From the UHGV virus genome UHGV-0289467: 46,550 nucleotides of DNA. The stretch is one strand, 5' to 3'. This document shows positions 38,113 through 45,470 of the stretch, in pieces. Source of the stretch: a virus. The stretch's first letter is position 1, and each line of letters starts with the position of its first letter. Position numbers and translations under genes: made by a program. The notes below the pieces were generated by a model. It saw nothing but the letters and a program-made list of their open reading frames with translations. It ran no database searches and had not been told where the DNA came from.

Positions 38113-38846
38113 TTTGCTCCTTTGCTTTTAGCGGCCTTTCTGGCGGCTTTCTCTTTCAGTTTCTGTTTATTCAGCTTGGCCCGCTCATAGGACGCATCAT
38201 ACTGCTCGCGCGTCATGCCTTCCGGTTCCGGGTATTTGGATTTTATCATCTGCTGATACTCGGTCATGGTCAGGTCTTCGGCTTCCTCGCGGGTAATCCC
38301 GAAGTGAGTGCGAGCTGAAATGATGTAATCCGACATTCTCAGCTCACTGGTTGTGCGCTTTTGATTTTCCGAGCGCTGAGGAACCTTGAGTGGTGACTTT
38401 CCGATGATGCCATGCTCTATTAATGCGCGAGCAATATCAATGATTCCAGCATTTCCATTAGGGAGATGCCCGGTTCCTCCTATTGGTATCAATCCAGGAA
38501 TATACTTCACGCCGCGCGGAGTCGGCTTCCATGACCCAATGAGCACCGAGATATCATCATCGCAACAGGACTGCATGATGAGGCAGGCGGCGCTGAGCAC
38601 TTTCTTACCATAGGCAGGACGTGACAGGATTTTTGCCACCTGAATCTGAGCGCCATATGGCATTGACTGAATGGCGCCGAGTATGGCCGCGTATTCATAG
38701 CCATTAAGCGTAGCGTACAGCTCGACAATCTCTTTCGGTGAGCCAAGCTCATTCATCGCCGCAAATGATGGTTTGAAGAAAAAAGACTTGTCAGCCAGGG
38801 AGATGCGCATCTCTCCGATTTCTGTTAGCGGTGTGCGTTGTCTCAT
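38109..38846 (-). CDS. tail assembly chaperone
   Basis: 245 aa directly upstream of and overlapping (ATGA) the tape measure gene; no obvious G/GT-type second ORF. Confidence 0.5.
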   Translation of the reverse strand: MRQRTPLTEIGEMRISLADKSFFFKPSFAAMNELGSPKEIVELYATLNGYEYAAILGAIQSMPYGAQIQVAKILSRPAYGKKVLSAACLIMQSCCDDDISVLIGSWKPTPRGVKYIPGLIPIGGTGHLPNGNAGIIDIARALIEHGIIGKSPLKVPQRSENQKRTTSELRMSDYIISARTHFGITREEAEDLTMTEYQQMIKSKYPEPEGMTREQYDASYERAKLNKQKLKEKAARKAAKSKGAK

Positions 38847-38883
38847 GTCTAAATCCTGTTTTCACAATGACGTAATTATACCA

Positions 38884-38925
38884 TTGACAGGGGGCGCAAG
38901 ACTGACGTAGATTGAAAGCATAAGG
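38884..38925 (+). promoter_or_regulatory. promoter TTGACA-N18-TAGATT overlapping the 13-mer TGACGTAGATTGA
   Basis: TTGACA 38884-38889; 13-mer at 38903-38915; drives plus island inside tail module. Confidence 0.45.
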
Positions 38926-38943
38926 TGATTGAGGGTTTGACAT

Positions 38944-39078
38944 ATGAACGAGACTGATGCTGATTTGAGATTTTACATCGACCTTTACATTGACCAGGGC
39001 TACACCTATGAAGAGGCCCGCGTAAAGGCGATTTTGTTGCTGGCTAAGATTGGCGTAGTGGTGGAGGATAAGAGATGA
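38944..39078 (+). CDS. hypothetical small protein (44 aa)
   Basis: first ORF of island, below track cutoff. Confidence 0.3.
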   Translation: MNETDADLRFYIDLYIDQGYTYEEARVKAILLLAKIGVVVEDKR

Positions 39079-39455
39079 GCACTGATTACAGCAAACTATC
39101 AGATTTTGAGATTAACTCAGCAGTGCATAATGCGCTGATGAAGGAACCGTACAAAATTGAATTCCTTGGCAATGACAGAATAAGATGGGTTAGAGGTTCA
39201 ACTAATGTAACGACAGGGAAGGTGGAATATAGCAAAAAATCTCTTAAAGACTATTGCAACAACCCATCTGACGCATGGAAGATTATTGTTGATAATGGTA
39301 TTTCGCTGGAATGTATTGTGGTGAACAGGCACGAGAAAACATGGCGAGCGCAATTAAAGCCTGCATATGTTAAACATCGAATGAACCACAAAAACCCACT
39401 TCGCGCCGCCATGATTGTCTTCCTCATGATGCAGGAGCCAAAAAATGCCAGTTAA
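39075..39455 (+). CDS. hypothetical protein
   Basis: 126 aa, ATGA coupling. Confidence 0.4.
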   Translation: MSTDYSKLSDFEINSAVHNALMKEPYKIEFLGNDRIRWVRGSTNVTTGKVEYSKKSLKDYCNNPSDAWKIIVDNGISLECIVVNRHEKTWRAQLKPAYVKHRMNHKNPLRAAMIVFLMMQEPKNAS

Positions 39456-39597
39456 CAAAGACGACGAAGATGTGATATCTGCATATGCAGGCCAACGCAT
39501 CGACATAAACTACGCGATAGCAATTCACCTGCGACGTGCTGAGTTTATCGCTAATCTGATTTTGCGGGGCATAAAGAACAAAACGAGGAAGGCGTGA
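39445..39597 (+). CDS. hypothetical small protein (50 aa)
   Basis: GGAG RBS, below track cutoff. Confidence 0.3.
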   Translation: MPVNKDDEDVISAYAGQRIDINYAIAIHLRRAEFIANLILRGIKNKTRKA

Positions 39598-39905
39598 TGA
39601 GTGTTGAATCTGTAGGTGAGGATGGTAGCGTATCAGTGGGCGATGAAAGCCGCTACGCATGTGAGCAATATTTAGATGCGATCGTTACGATTGAGTTAGC
39701 TGCAAAACTGGCGATGATTGAAGGCCGCCAGGTGAACAAATCAATCCGCGCGTGCTGGTCATCAATCAGACCGCGAATTGATAATAAATTAAACCGCCAG
39801 ATATTCGATGGCATGGCTAATCAGTTTATGCCGCATGGCGCGCTGTGTATGTTACGTCGAAAACTGGATACTGCAATCAGCGAGGAGAATGATGATGGTT
39901 CTTGA
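39597..39905 (+). CDS. hypothetical acidic protein
   Basis: about 102 aa. Confidence 0.4.
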   Translation: MSVESVGEDGSVSVGDESRYACEQYLDAIVTIELAAKLAMIEGRQVNKSIRACWSSIRPRIDNKLNRQIFDGMANQFMPHGALCMLRRKLDTAISEENDDGS

Positions 39906-40074
39906 TAAAAATTATGCTGATACTATTTCAAAGTACATAAGAAGCAATCAACAATACAACGGCCCGGTCTTTGTTGATATTGAAAAACTTAGATTGATTC
40001 ACATGGATTTAGCGGTATCGCTCGCTAATTTGTCATTGTGGAGAATCCGAGTGTCTTCACTGCTGAGAAAATAA
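39889..40074 (+). CDS. hypothetical small protein (~60 aa)
   Basis: ATGATGATG start cluster after GAGGAG RBS; ends at terminator. Confidence 0.35.
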   Translation: MMMVLDKNYADTISKYIRSNQQYNGPVFVDIEKLRLIHMDLAVSLANLSLWRIRVSSLLRK

Positions 40075-40098
40075 ACCCCCTTTCGGGGGTTTTCTTTA
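40074..40098. terminator. bidirectional rho-independent terminator
   Basis: AAACCCCCtttcGGGGGTTTTCTTTATT. Confidence 0.7.
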
Positions 40099-40851
40099 TT
40101 AGGTAACGGTAACGACACACTTGGTGGAGTCAACGTAATCAGGACTGGTTGCTGAGTCCATCACGCGGCAGAAGTACGTACCAGCATCACCTTCGGCTGC
40201 GGTAGCCTTGGTGAACGTGTCGGTAGTAGCACTGCTGATCGGAGAAGTGCCTTTATACCATTGGTAGGTATAAGGCTCGACACCGCCAGCAGCAACTACC
40301 GGACCGAGCGTCAGAGTGTCGCCAGTAGCAACGCTTTTGGTTTCACTGATATCAGTGGTCAGCGTCAAATCTTCGATGCTGGACACGTCAACGGTAGAGC
40401 CATCATAAGGCTTGAATTCAACCGAGCCGGTGATGATGTCGTTGGTGCCGCCATCGTAGCTCAGAGCGGTGATGTTGCAGTAAGCTACCACGACGGTGTT
40501 ACCAGTCGTTTGACGAACCCACAGCGACGGCTGGCGACGCGCTTTAACTTCTGTGACAAAGTATTTGATGAGGTTATGCACGCCATACTCATCAGCCTTG
40601 TCGGCCTTGCGAACTTCAAAATCACCGGAAATGGTTAGGTCTGCGGTAGTTACCAGCGTTGCAACAAAGCCATCGCCATCATCAGCCTCTGAAGTGGTGG
40701 TGCTTGGACTGAAGTCGACGCCTTTTGAGGTCATGGGAGCAAAAAACTTCCAGTATTCCTCTGCTGGCACAGCATCCCAGCAGCCATCAGCCAGCTCAAT
40801 GAGAGACTGGCGACCTGTGATGATGCCGTTATCATTTGCACAAATAGCCAT
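40099..40851 (-). CDS. major tail protein with C-terminal Ig-like (Big_2-type) domain
   Basis: 250 aa; C-terminal ~80 aa (…TLTLGPVVAAGGVEPYTYQWYKGTSPI…GTYFCRVMDSA…) has the Ig-like pattern common on tail tube proteins. Confidence 0.65.
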   Translation of the reverse strand: MAICANDNGIITGRQSLIELADGCWDAVPAEEYWKFFAPMTSKGVDFSPSTTTSEADDGDGFVATLVTTADLTISGDFEVRKADKADEYGVHNLIKYFVTEVKARRQPSLWVRQTTGNTVVVAYCNITALSYDGGTNDIITGSVEFKPYDGSTVDVSSIEDLTLTTDISETKSVATGDTLTLGPVVAAGGVEPYTYQWYKGTSPISSATTDTFTKATAAEGDAGTYFCRVMDSATSPDYVDSTKCVVTVT

Positions 40852-40896
40852 GTTTAGAATCCTCTGTGTTTAGCTAAACAATCGCATTATATCATG

Positions 40897-40925
40897 TTGA
40901 CAGGTTTTGATTGGTGGTGTAGATT
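40897..40925 (+). promoter_or_regulatory. sigma70-type promoter TTGACA-N17-TAGATT upstream of tRNA genes
   Basis: TTGACA 40897-40902, TAGATT 40920-40925, about 17 nt before tRNA 5' end. Confidence 0.55.
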
Positions 40926-40942
40926 CGAATCAACAACGCAAC

Positions 40943-41020
40943 GCACCATTAGCTCAGCAGGATAGTAGCAACGGACTTCTAATCCGTAGGTCACTGGTTC
41001 GAATCCAGTATGGTGCACCA
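40943..41020 (+). tRNA. tRNA-Arg (anticodon UCU)
   Basis: GCACCAT/ATGGTGC acceptor stem, GGTTCGAATCC T-loop, anticodon loop CTTCTAA, encoded CCA; closely parallels E. coli argU architecture. Confidence 0.85.
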
Positions 41021-41023
41021 AAT

Positions 41024-41100
41024 TCCCGTTTAGCTTAACTGGTTAAAGCACCCGACTCATAATCGGATGATTACAGGTTCGAATCCTGTCGCGGGAACCA
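41024..41100 (+). tRNA. tRNA with CAU anticodon (Met elongator or Ile2/lysidine type)
   Basis: T-loop GGTTCGAATCC, D-stem GCTT/AAGC, anticodon loop CTCATAA, encoded CCA; anticodon arm CGACTCATAATCG identical to that of E. coli tRNA-Ile2(LAU). Confidence 0.7.
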
Positions 41101-41484
41101 TCACTCACCAAAAACAACCCTCAGCAACAACTCATAAACAGGCCTTTTCTCTGTCGTAAGCGTAGGGCGACCAAGCGGCGCCTGCAACTGAATCATGCCA
41201 ATACAACTATCAACGGGATGCTCTTTGATATATGAGATGACATCAAGCGCCTTTGCTTTTGTTTCCTCGATGTTGTACTGCCCCTGCTGGCCGACAACAT
41301 AGAGCGAAAAATAATAATCATTGCTGAGGTCTTTGCTTACGTTCGTGCCGCCATTGGATTGCAGCACCATAAACCGATCTGTGCCAACTTCAGTATCATT
41401 CCAGAACTCAAGCTGAGAAGTCCACCCGTCATAAAGACCGGCATCGCTAAGGTATTGGTCAACAAGCTCAAGCATATCTCTCAT
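41101..41484 (-). CDS. tail completion / tail terminator protein candidate
   Basis: 127 aa, last gene before tail tube in head-to-tail order. Confidence 0.4.
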   Translation of the reverse strand: MRDMLELVDQYLSDAGLYDGWTSQLEFWNDTEVGTDRFMVLQSNGGTNVSKDLSNDYYFSLYVVGQQGQYNIEETKAKALDVISYIKEHPVDSCIGMIQLQAPLGRPTLTTEKRPVYELLLRVVFGE

Positions 41485-41897
41485 TTTAGCGTCATCTCTT
41501 TTTTGATTACCTGATCGACAAGTTCGCGTGTGTTTTCGCCAGCCTTGAGAAGGAATTTAGGTTCGCCGCTCTTATCCCACACGTTACCCTTTCCTTTGAG
41601 TCTCCCTGTGCGTGGCGTGTTCGTACCAAGCAGTTTACCTGGTGCATTGTGGACATACAGAGCATAATTAGCTGCATACCCAATCTTGCCAGTTATGCGA
41701 GTGCCATTAACCTCAACAGTATCATACTGGCTGTTTATCAGCGTTGATGTGGCTACTGGCGTCATGGAGGCCGATTCAGTCCTGATGATGTAGTTGGCGG
41801 CTTTTATTGCTGATACCGCCTTCTCGCCAGTAATCTCGCCGACTATCTGCTGAGTGCGCTTAATAGCCTGCTGGATACCTCTCATTTTGGCGGCCAT
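41481..41897 (-). CDS. head-tail joining protein (HK97 gp10-like candidate)
   Basis: 138 aa in connector block. Confidence 0.4.
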   Translation of the reverse strand: MAAKMRGIQQAIKRTQQIVGEITGEKAVSAIKAANYIIRTESASMTPVATSTLINSQYDTVEVNGTRITGKIGYAANYALYVHNAPGKLLGTNTPRTGRLKGKGNVWDKSGEPKFLLKAGENTRELVDQVIKKEMTLK

Positions 41898-41900
41898 ACA

Positions 41901-42245
41901 TTACCCCGTTACCAGCGCAAAATCAGGCAGGTCATTGCGGTCTAACGTATTGCCGTAATTCACGACGTTTCTAATCTGGTCAGCTCCGGCGGCCAGCGGG
42001 TCAGCACTGGTAATGGTGCCAAGCATGATGAAGTCGCCAACAGACGCATCCTGGTATTCAGTCCAGAATGTGTTTTTCTGTGCAATCTCATTGCCAGCTG
42101 TGCCGGTGGTCAGATTCTTATCGAAGCCATAATCACACATGATGGACTCTGGCGCGGCAAATGTTGGCTTGCCATACTTATCCTTACCAGTAAGCCGCCA
42201 GATTGTGCATGGCTGCGTATAGCTCCATCTCGCTATTGCTGACAT
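41901..42245 (-). CDS. head-tail connector protein candidate
   Basis: 114 aa in connector block. Confidence 0.4.
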   Translation of the reverse strand: MSAIARWSYTQPCTIWRLTGKDKYGKPTFAAPESIMCDYGFDKNLTTGTAGNEIAQKNTFWTEYQDASVGDFIMLGTITSADPLAAGADQIRNVVNYGNTLDRNDLPDFALVTG

Positions 42246-42363
42246 GGCGCAGCCTCAAGAGTATAAATCCAGCGCGGAACAGGAAGGCGCAGCAATACCA
42301 TAATAACCAGCAACGGCATGCACCATTTACGGATTGCGATATTTACAGTTAATGTTGACGTTT

Positions 42364-42756
42364 TCATCTGCACTTACTCCCGGTGACAACCCGAAACCAC
42401 GGCTTTGCACTTCCATCAGGCTCTTCCACAAGGTCGCCGGTGCAGTCTGCCGTATCGAGTAGTTTCATCTGATTGTAAAGGGCCATCCACGGCTTGCTTC
42501 CATAGCCAAATGATTGCGACGCACCAGATGGCGCCCGATGGCTGGTGATGTATCTTCCGGCTGTATTTGAGGCGATCAGGATAGATGCCCATAGCAGAAT
42601 CGCATCCTGCCTGCATGTGTCTTCAGGGTAATTAAGCTCAAGGCACTCTGTGATGCTCACCACCAGACACAGGATGCCCGTTGCGTCAGCTGTGGTGATA
42701 GTTACGCCTCTTGACGCCATGGCGGCGACAAGTTCACTTGCTGTCGGTGCTGCCAT
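42364..42756 (-). CDS. head-tail adaptor protein candidate
   Basis: about 130 aa from Met with GGGAGAG RBS. Confidence 0.4.
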   Translation of the reverse strand: MAAPTASELVAAMASRGVTITTADATGILCLVVSITECLELNYPEDTCRQDAILLWASILIASNTAGRYITSHRAPSGASQSFGYGSKPWMALYNQMKLLDTADCTGDLVEEPDGSAKPWFRVVTGSKCR

Positions 42757-43021
42757 TCTTTTTGCTCTCCCGAATCTTCCACCACATCTCAAAAAGGTTT
42801 TTTGCCACCAGTGACAACGCGCCAAGTATAGAGGCTACCGCCGCCCACTCGGTAATCGAATGGGGGAACATTGAGGCAATGTATGATTGCGCTACTGGCG
42901 TCTGCTCTGCCACCTTCAGGCCAAGGCCCGTACCAATGGACGTATAACCGGCTTTGTCGATTACCTGTCCGACGGTGCCACTAATTATCTGGTTTGCGGC
43001 GTGCTGAAGCGCGTCTCTCAT
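42734..43021 (-). CDS. hypothetical protein with C-terminal hydrophobic helix
   Basis: 95 aa; AAVASILGALSLVAKNLF hydrophobic segment; first gene of minus connector operon. Confidence 0.4.
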   Translation of the reverse strand: MRDALQHAANQIISGTVGQVIDKAGYTSIGTGLGLKVAEQTPVAQSYIASMFPHSITEWAAVASILGALSLVAKNLFEMWWKIRESKKNGSTDSK

Positions 43022-43167
43022 TAATTATTCTCCGAATGATGAACTTCCAGCATCTGTACACCTGAACCAGCGAAAACGCTATGACGATAACGCCGATTGC
43101 TATATCCAATTTCGCCGCCTTACGTTTTTCAGGACGGAACAGCGCGGGGTGAGTGTTGTTGGTTTAA

Positions 43168-43211
43168 TTTTATCATAAAGTGTTGACGTAGATTGAGGGT
43201 GTCGCTATAGT
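43168..43211 (+). promoter_or_regulatory. promoter module TTTTATCATAA-N4-TTGACGTAGATTGA-N9-TATAGT
   Basis: TTGACG 43183-43188, 17-bp spacer, TATAGT 43206-43211; second copy TGACGTAGAAAC at 43214-43225. Confidence 0.55.
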
Positions 43212-43251
43212 GATGACGTAGAAACAACAATAAATGTTAGAGGTGATGAAT

Positions 43252-43542
43252 ATGAAAGGTTTTAAAGGTACGCCGGGGCCGTGGTCAGTTAATGAAATAG
43301 GCCAGCACTGGAATAATAAATGATTAACCCATCTAGAAGTTATTTTTGGCGAGGATGGTGAATGCATTTGCGACACTGTTTATCAGCGCGAAGATGCCAA
43401 TCTCATAGCCGCTGCGCCGGAGTTGCTGGAAGCATTGACTACAACACTCGATGAAATCGGGCATTGGTTATCACAACAAAAACCAGACCTTAAAGAAAAG
43501 ATGGCCTCTGCAATCGCCAAAGCGCTAGGAGAATCACAATGA
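43252..43542 (+). other. ORF interrupted by in-frame TGA (23 codons + TGA + 72 codons)
   Basis: MKGFKGTPGPWSVNEIGQHWNNK-TGA(43321-43323)-LTHLEVIFGEDGECICDTVYQREDANLIAAAPELLEALTTTLDEIGHWLSQQKPDLKEKMASAIAKALGESQ; downstream part is protein-like and contains the LIAAAPELLEAL motif. Confidence 0.4.
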
Positions 43543-43655
43543 TTCGCCACGAAATCCGCAAAGAAGATCTGAAGGCGTGGGATAAGTTCAAAATCAAGCT
43601 GGCATTAATAGTTATCGGATTCGCCATTGCCAGCGCAATCTGTTTATCAAAGTGA
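43539..43655 (+). CDS. small single-TM membrane protein (38 aa)
   Basis: MIRHEIRKEDLKAWDKFKIKLALIVIGFAIASAICLSK; ATGA coupling. Confidence 0.3.
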   Translation: MIRHEIRKEDLKAWDKFKIKLALIVIGFAIASAICLSK

Positions 43656-43662
43656 GGAAAAA

Positions 43663-44481
43663 ATGACATCTCTCGGAAAAATTTACTCAGACAAAGAAAC
43701 TCGCGGCGGAATCGTGGTCAACAAAGGTTATCAGGTTCCCGTCGACCAGCTTTATCTTGAACCGGGATACAACATCCGCGAAGCCGATGAGCAGCACGTT
43801 GAATACTTTGCGCAGTGCTGGGAATCAGGCCAGCCAATCCCGGCGTTAACTGTTATTCCTGATGCTGACGGAAAGCGCATCAAGATTCTTGACGGTCAGC
43901 ATCGTTACCTTGGCGCACTGCGTGCCATTGATCGCGGTGTACCAATTGCGCGCATTGAGTGCAAAGACTTCACCGGCGATGAAGCGGACAAAATCGCCTT
44001 CATGGTGTCATCCAGTCAAGGAAAGCAGCTTGACCCGCTTGAGCGTGCAAAGGCTTATGTGCGCCTGAAAGGGTTCGGATGGACGAATGAAGAAATCGCC
44101 AAGAAGGTTGGTCGCTCAGTTTCTGATGTGCAGATGCACCTGTCACTTGGTGATGTACCTGATTCCATCAAGCAACGCATCAATGCAGGCCAAATCAGCT
44201 ATGCCAACGCCGTTGCAGTGGCGCGTGAGCATGGCGATGATGCCGTTAACGTTATTGATGCTGCCGTTGAGGAAGCAAAAGCACAGGGCAAAGATAAGGT
44301 GACGGCCAAAACGCTCAAGGCCAAAAAAGTTAAGCCGATTGACCGCCTGATTCAGTTGCTGAAAGAAGCAGATCATATGGTGGTTGCTGAGGGTCATGTG
44401 GCACAGGAGACAGAAGAATTTTTGCGCCTTCCTTCCGCTGAGTTGAGTGAAGTTCTGGCTATTCTGGAGAAGCTGCGATGA
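43663..44481 (+). CDS. ParB N-terminal-domain (ParB/Srx-like) nuclease-like protein
   Basis: 272 aa from GAGGAA-supported ATG; …VPVDQLYLEPGYNIREAD…ALTVIPDADGKRIKILDGQHRYLGAL… matches the ParB/sulfiredoxin fold signature (DGxHR). Confidence 0.65.
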   Translation: MTSLGKIYSDKETRGGIVVNKGYQVPVDQLYLEPGYNIREADEQHVEYFAQCWESGQPIPALTVIPDADGKRIKILDGQHRYLGALRAIDRGVPIARIECKDFTGDEADKIAFMVSSSQGKQLDPLERAKAYVRLKGFGWTNEEIAKKVGRSVSDVQMHLSLGDVPDSIKQRINAGQISYANAVAVAREHGDDAVNVIDAAVEEAKAQGKDKVTAKTLKAKKVKPIDRLIQLLKEADHMVVAEGHVAQETEEFLRLPSAELSEVLAILEKLR

Positions 44482-44650
44482 ACCCCGAACAATTCATAGA
44501 GAAAAACCTGCGCGAAAAACTGCCAGGCATCGACAATGCGGCCATAGAGGCCGCAATTACCCACTACAGGCGCAACAAGAGTGAAAGGAAGGGCAAGACT
44601 TTCGATGAATGCTTGAAGGTTGCAAAACAACACATGGTGAAGGTGAAGTG
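44478..44650 (+). CDS. hypothetical small basic protein (57 aa)
   Basis: ATGA-coupled to ParB-like gene, below track cutoff. Confidence 0.3.
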
Positions 44651-45187
44651 ATGAAATTAAAAGTTAGCAAGTTGCTCCTTGAAGGTGCTTTGATATTTCA
44701 GGCCAAACAGGATGTGCGTTACTACCTGAATGGCATTTGCTTTATGCCTGATGGTCGCGTTGCCGCTACTGACGGTCATCGCGCCATGATTGCCAGTAAG
44801 CACGAAAACAAGATAAAAAGTAACGTCATCGTGTCGATAAGCAAGTCGCCGACAAAAAATTACTCCTATGCAGTGATTGATACCAGGGCAAAGATTGTCA
44901 CTTATCATAACAATTTTGATGTGCTGGTTGGCGCAGGTATTTGCTCTGAGGTTGGTGGCAAGTTCCCTGATATTGATCGCGTCATCCCGAAGCAGACTGC
45001 GCCAGCAGAACAGATTGGCTTTAATGCCAAATATCTGGCAGATGTTGAGAAGCTGGCGAAGCTGTTTAGCCCGAAATGTGAAAGCGTACGCTTTGAACTG
45101 AACGGAAACATCAACGCCGCCGTCGCAAACATCAGCGCGCCCACTGGCGAGACTGCCAAAGTTATTGTTATGCCAATGAGGATTTAG
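44651..45187 (+). CDS. truncated DNA polymerase III beta sliding clamp (DnaN) homolog, domains II-III only
   Basis: 178 aa; [33 protein letters not shown]… aligns with E. coli DnaN …[35 protein letters not shown]…; C-terminus …[10 protein letters not shown] aligns with …AAYVVMPMRL. Confidence 0.75.
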   Translation: [178 protein letters not shown]

Positions 45188-45189
45188 TG

Positions 45190-45441
45190 ATGAAAAAGAA
45201 TGGCGTTTTTACTCAGAAGGACGGCTCAAAAGTTGCCCGTCTTGGTGATGGTTACGTTGGCATTAAATTTGGCTCTTGCCATGGTGAAAAGTTAATAGCC
45301 ATTGCGAATATCATAAATCGTGGAGTGCCGGGCGATGAAGTTGATGATATTGATGAGGCGCAAATTTATATCACATTCAAAGACAACGCCTCAATTCAGC
45401 GGCTGATTGATGGCCTCGTCAATCTCCGCGACCATAAGTAA
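45190..45441 (+). CDS. hypothetical protein
   Basis: 83 aa, last gene of island, followed by terminator. Confidence 0.4.
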   Translation: MKKNGVFTQKDGSKVARLGDGYVGIKFGSCHGEKLIAIANIINRGVPGDEVDDIDEAQIYITFKDNASIQRLIDGLVNLRDHK

Positions 45442-45442
45442 A

Positions 45443-45470
45443 CAAAGCCCCTTTCGGGGCTTTTCTTTTA
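45443..45470. terminator. bidirectional rho-independent terminator
   Basis: AAAGCCCCtttcGGGGCTTTTCTTTT. Confidence 0.7.

Noticed and set aside
38776-38785. Canonical slippery heptamer T_TTT_TTC inside the tail assembly chaperone gene (minus strand), which could signal a G/GT-type -1 frameshift
   Set aside because: It lies about 23 codons from the N-terminus, and the -1 frame terminates after ~11 codons. It cannot generate a chaperone-T fusion, so this is probably a coincidental Phe-Phe codon run.
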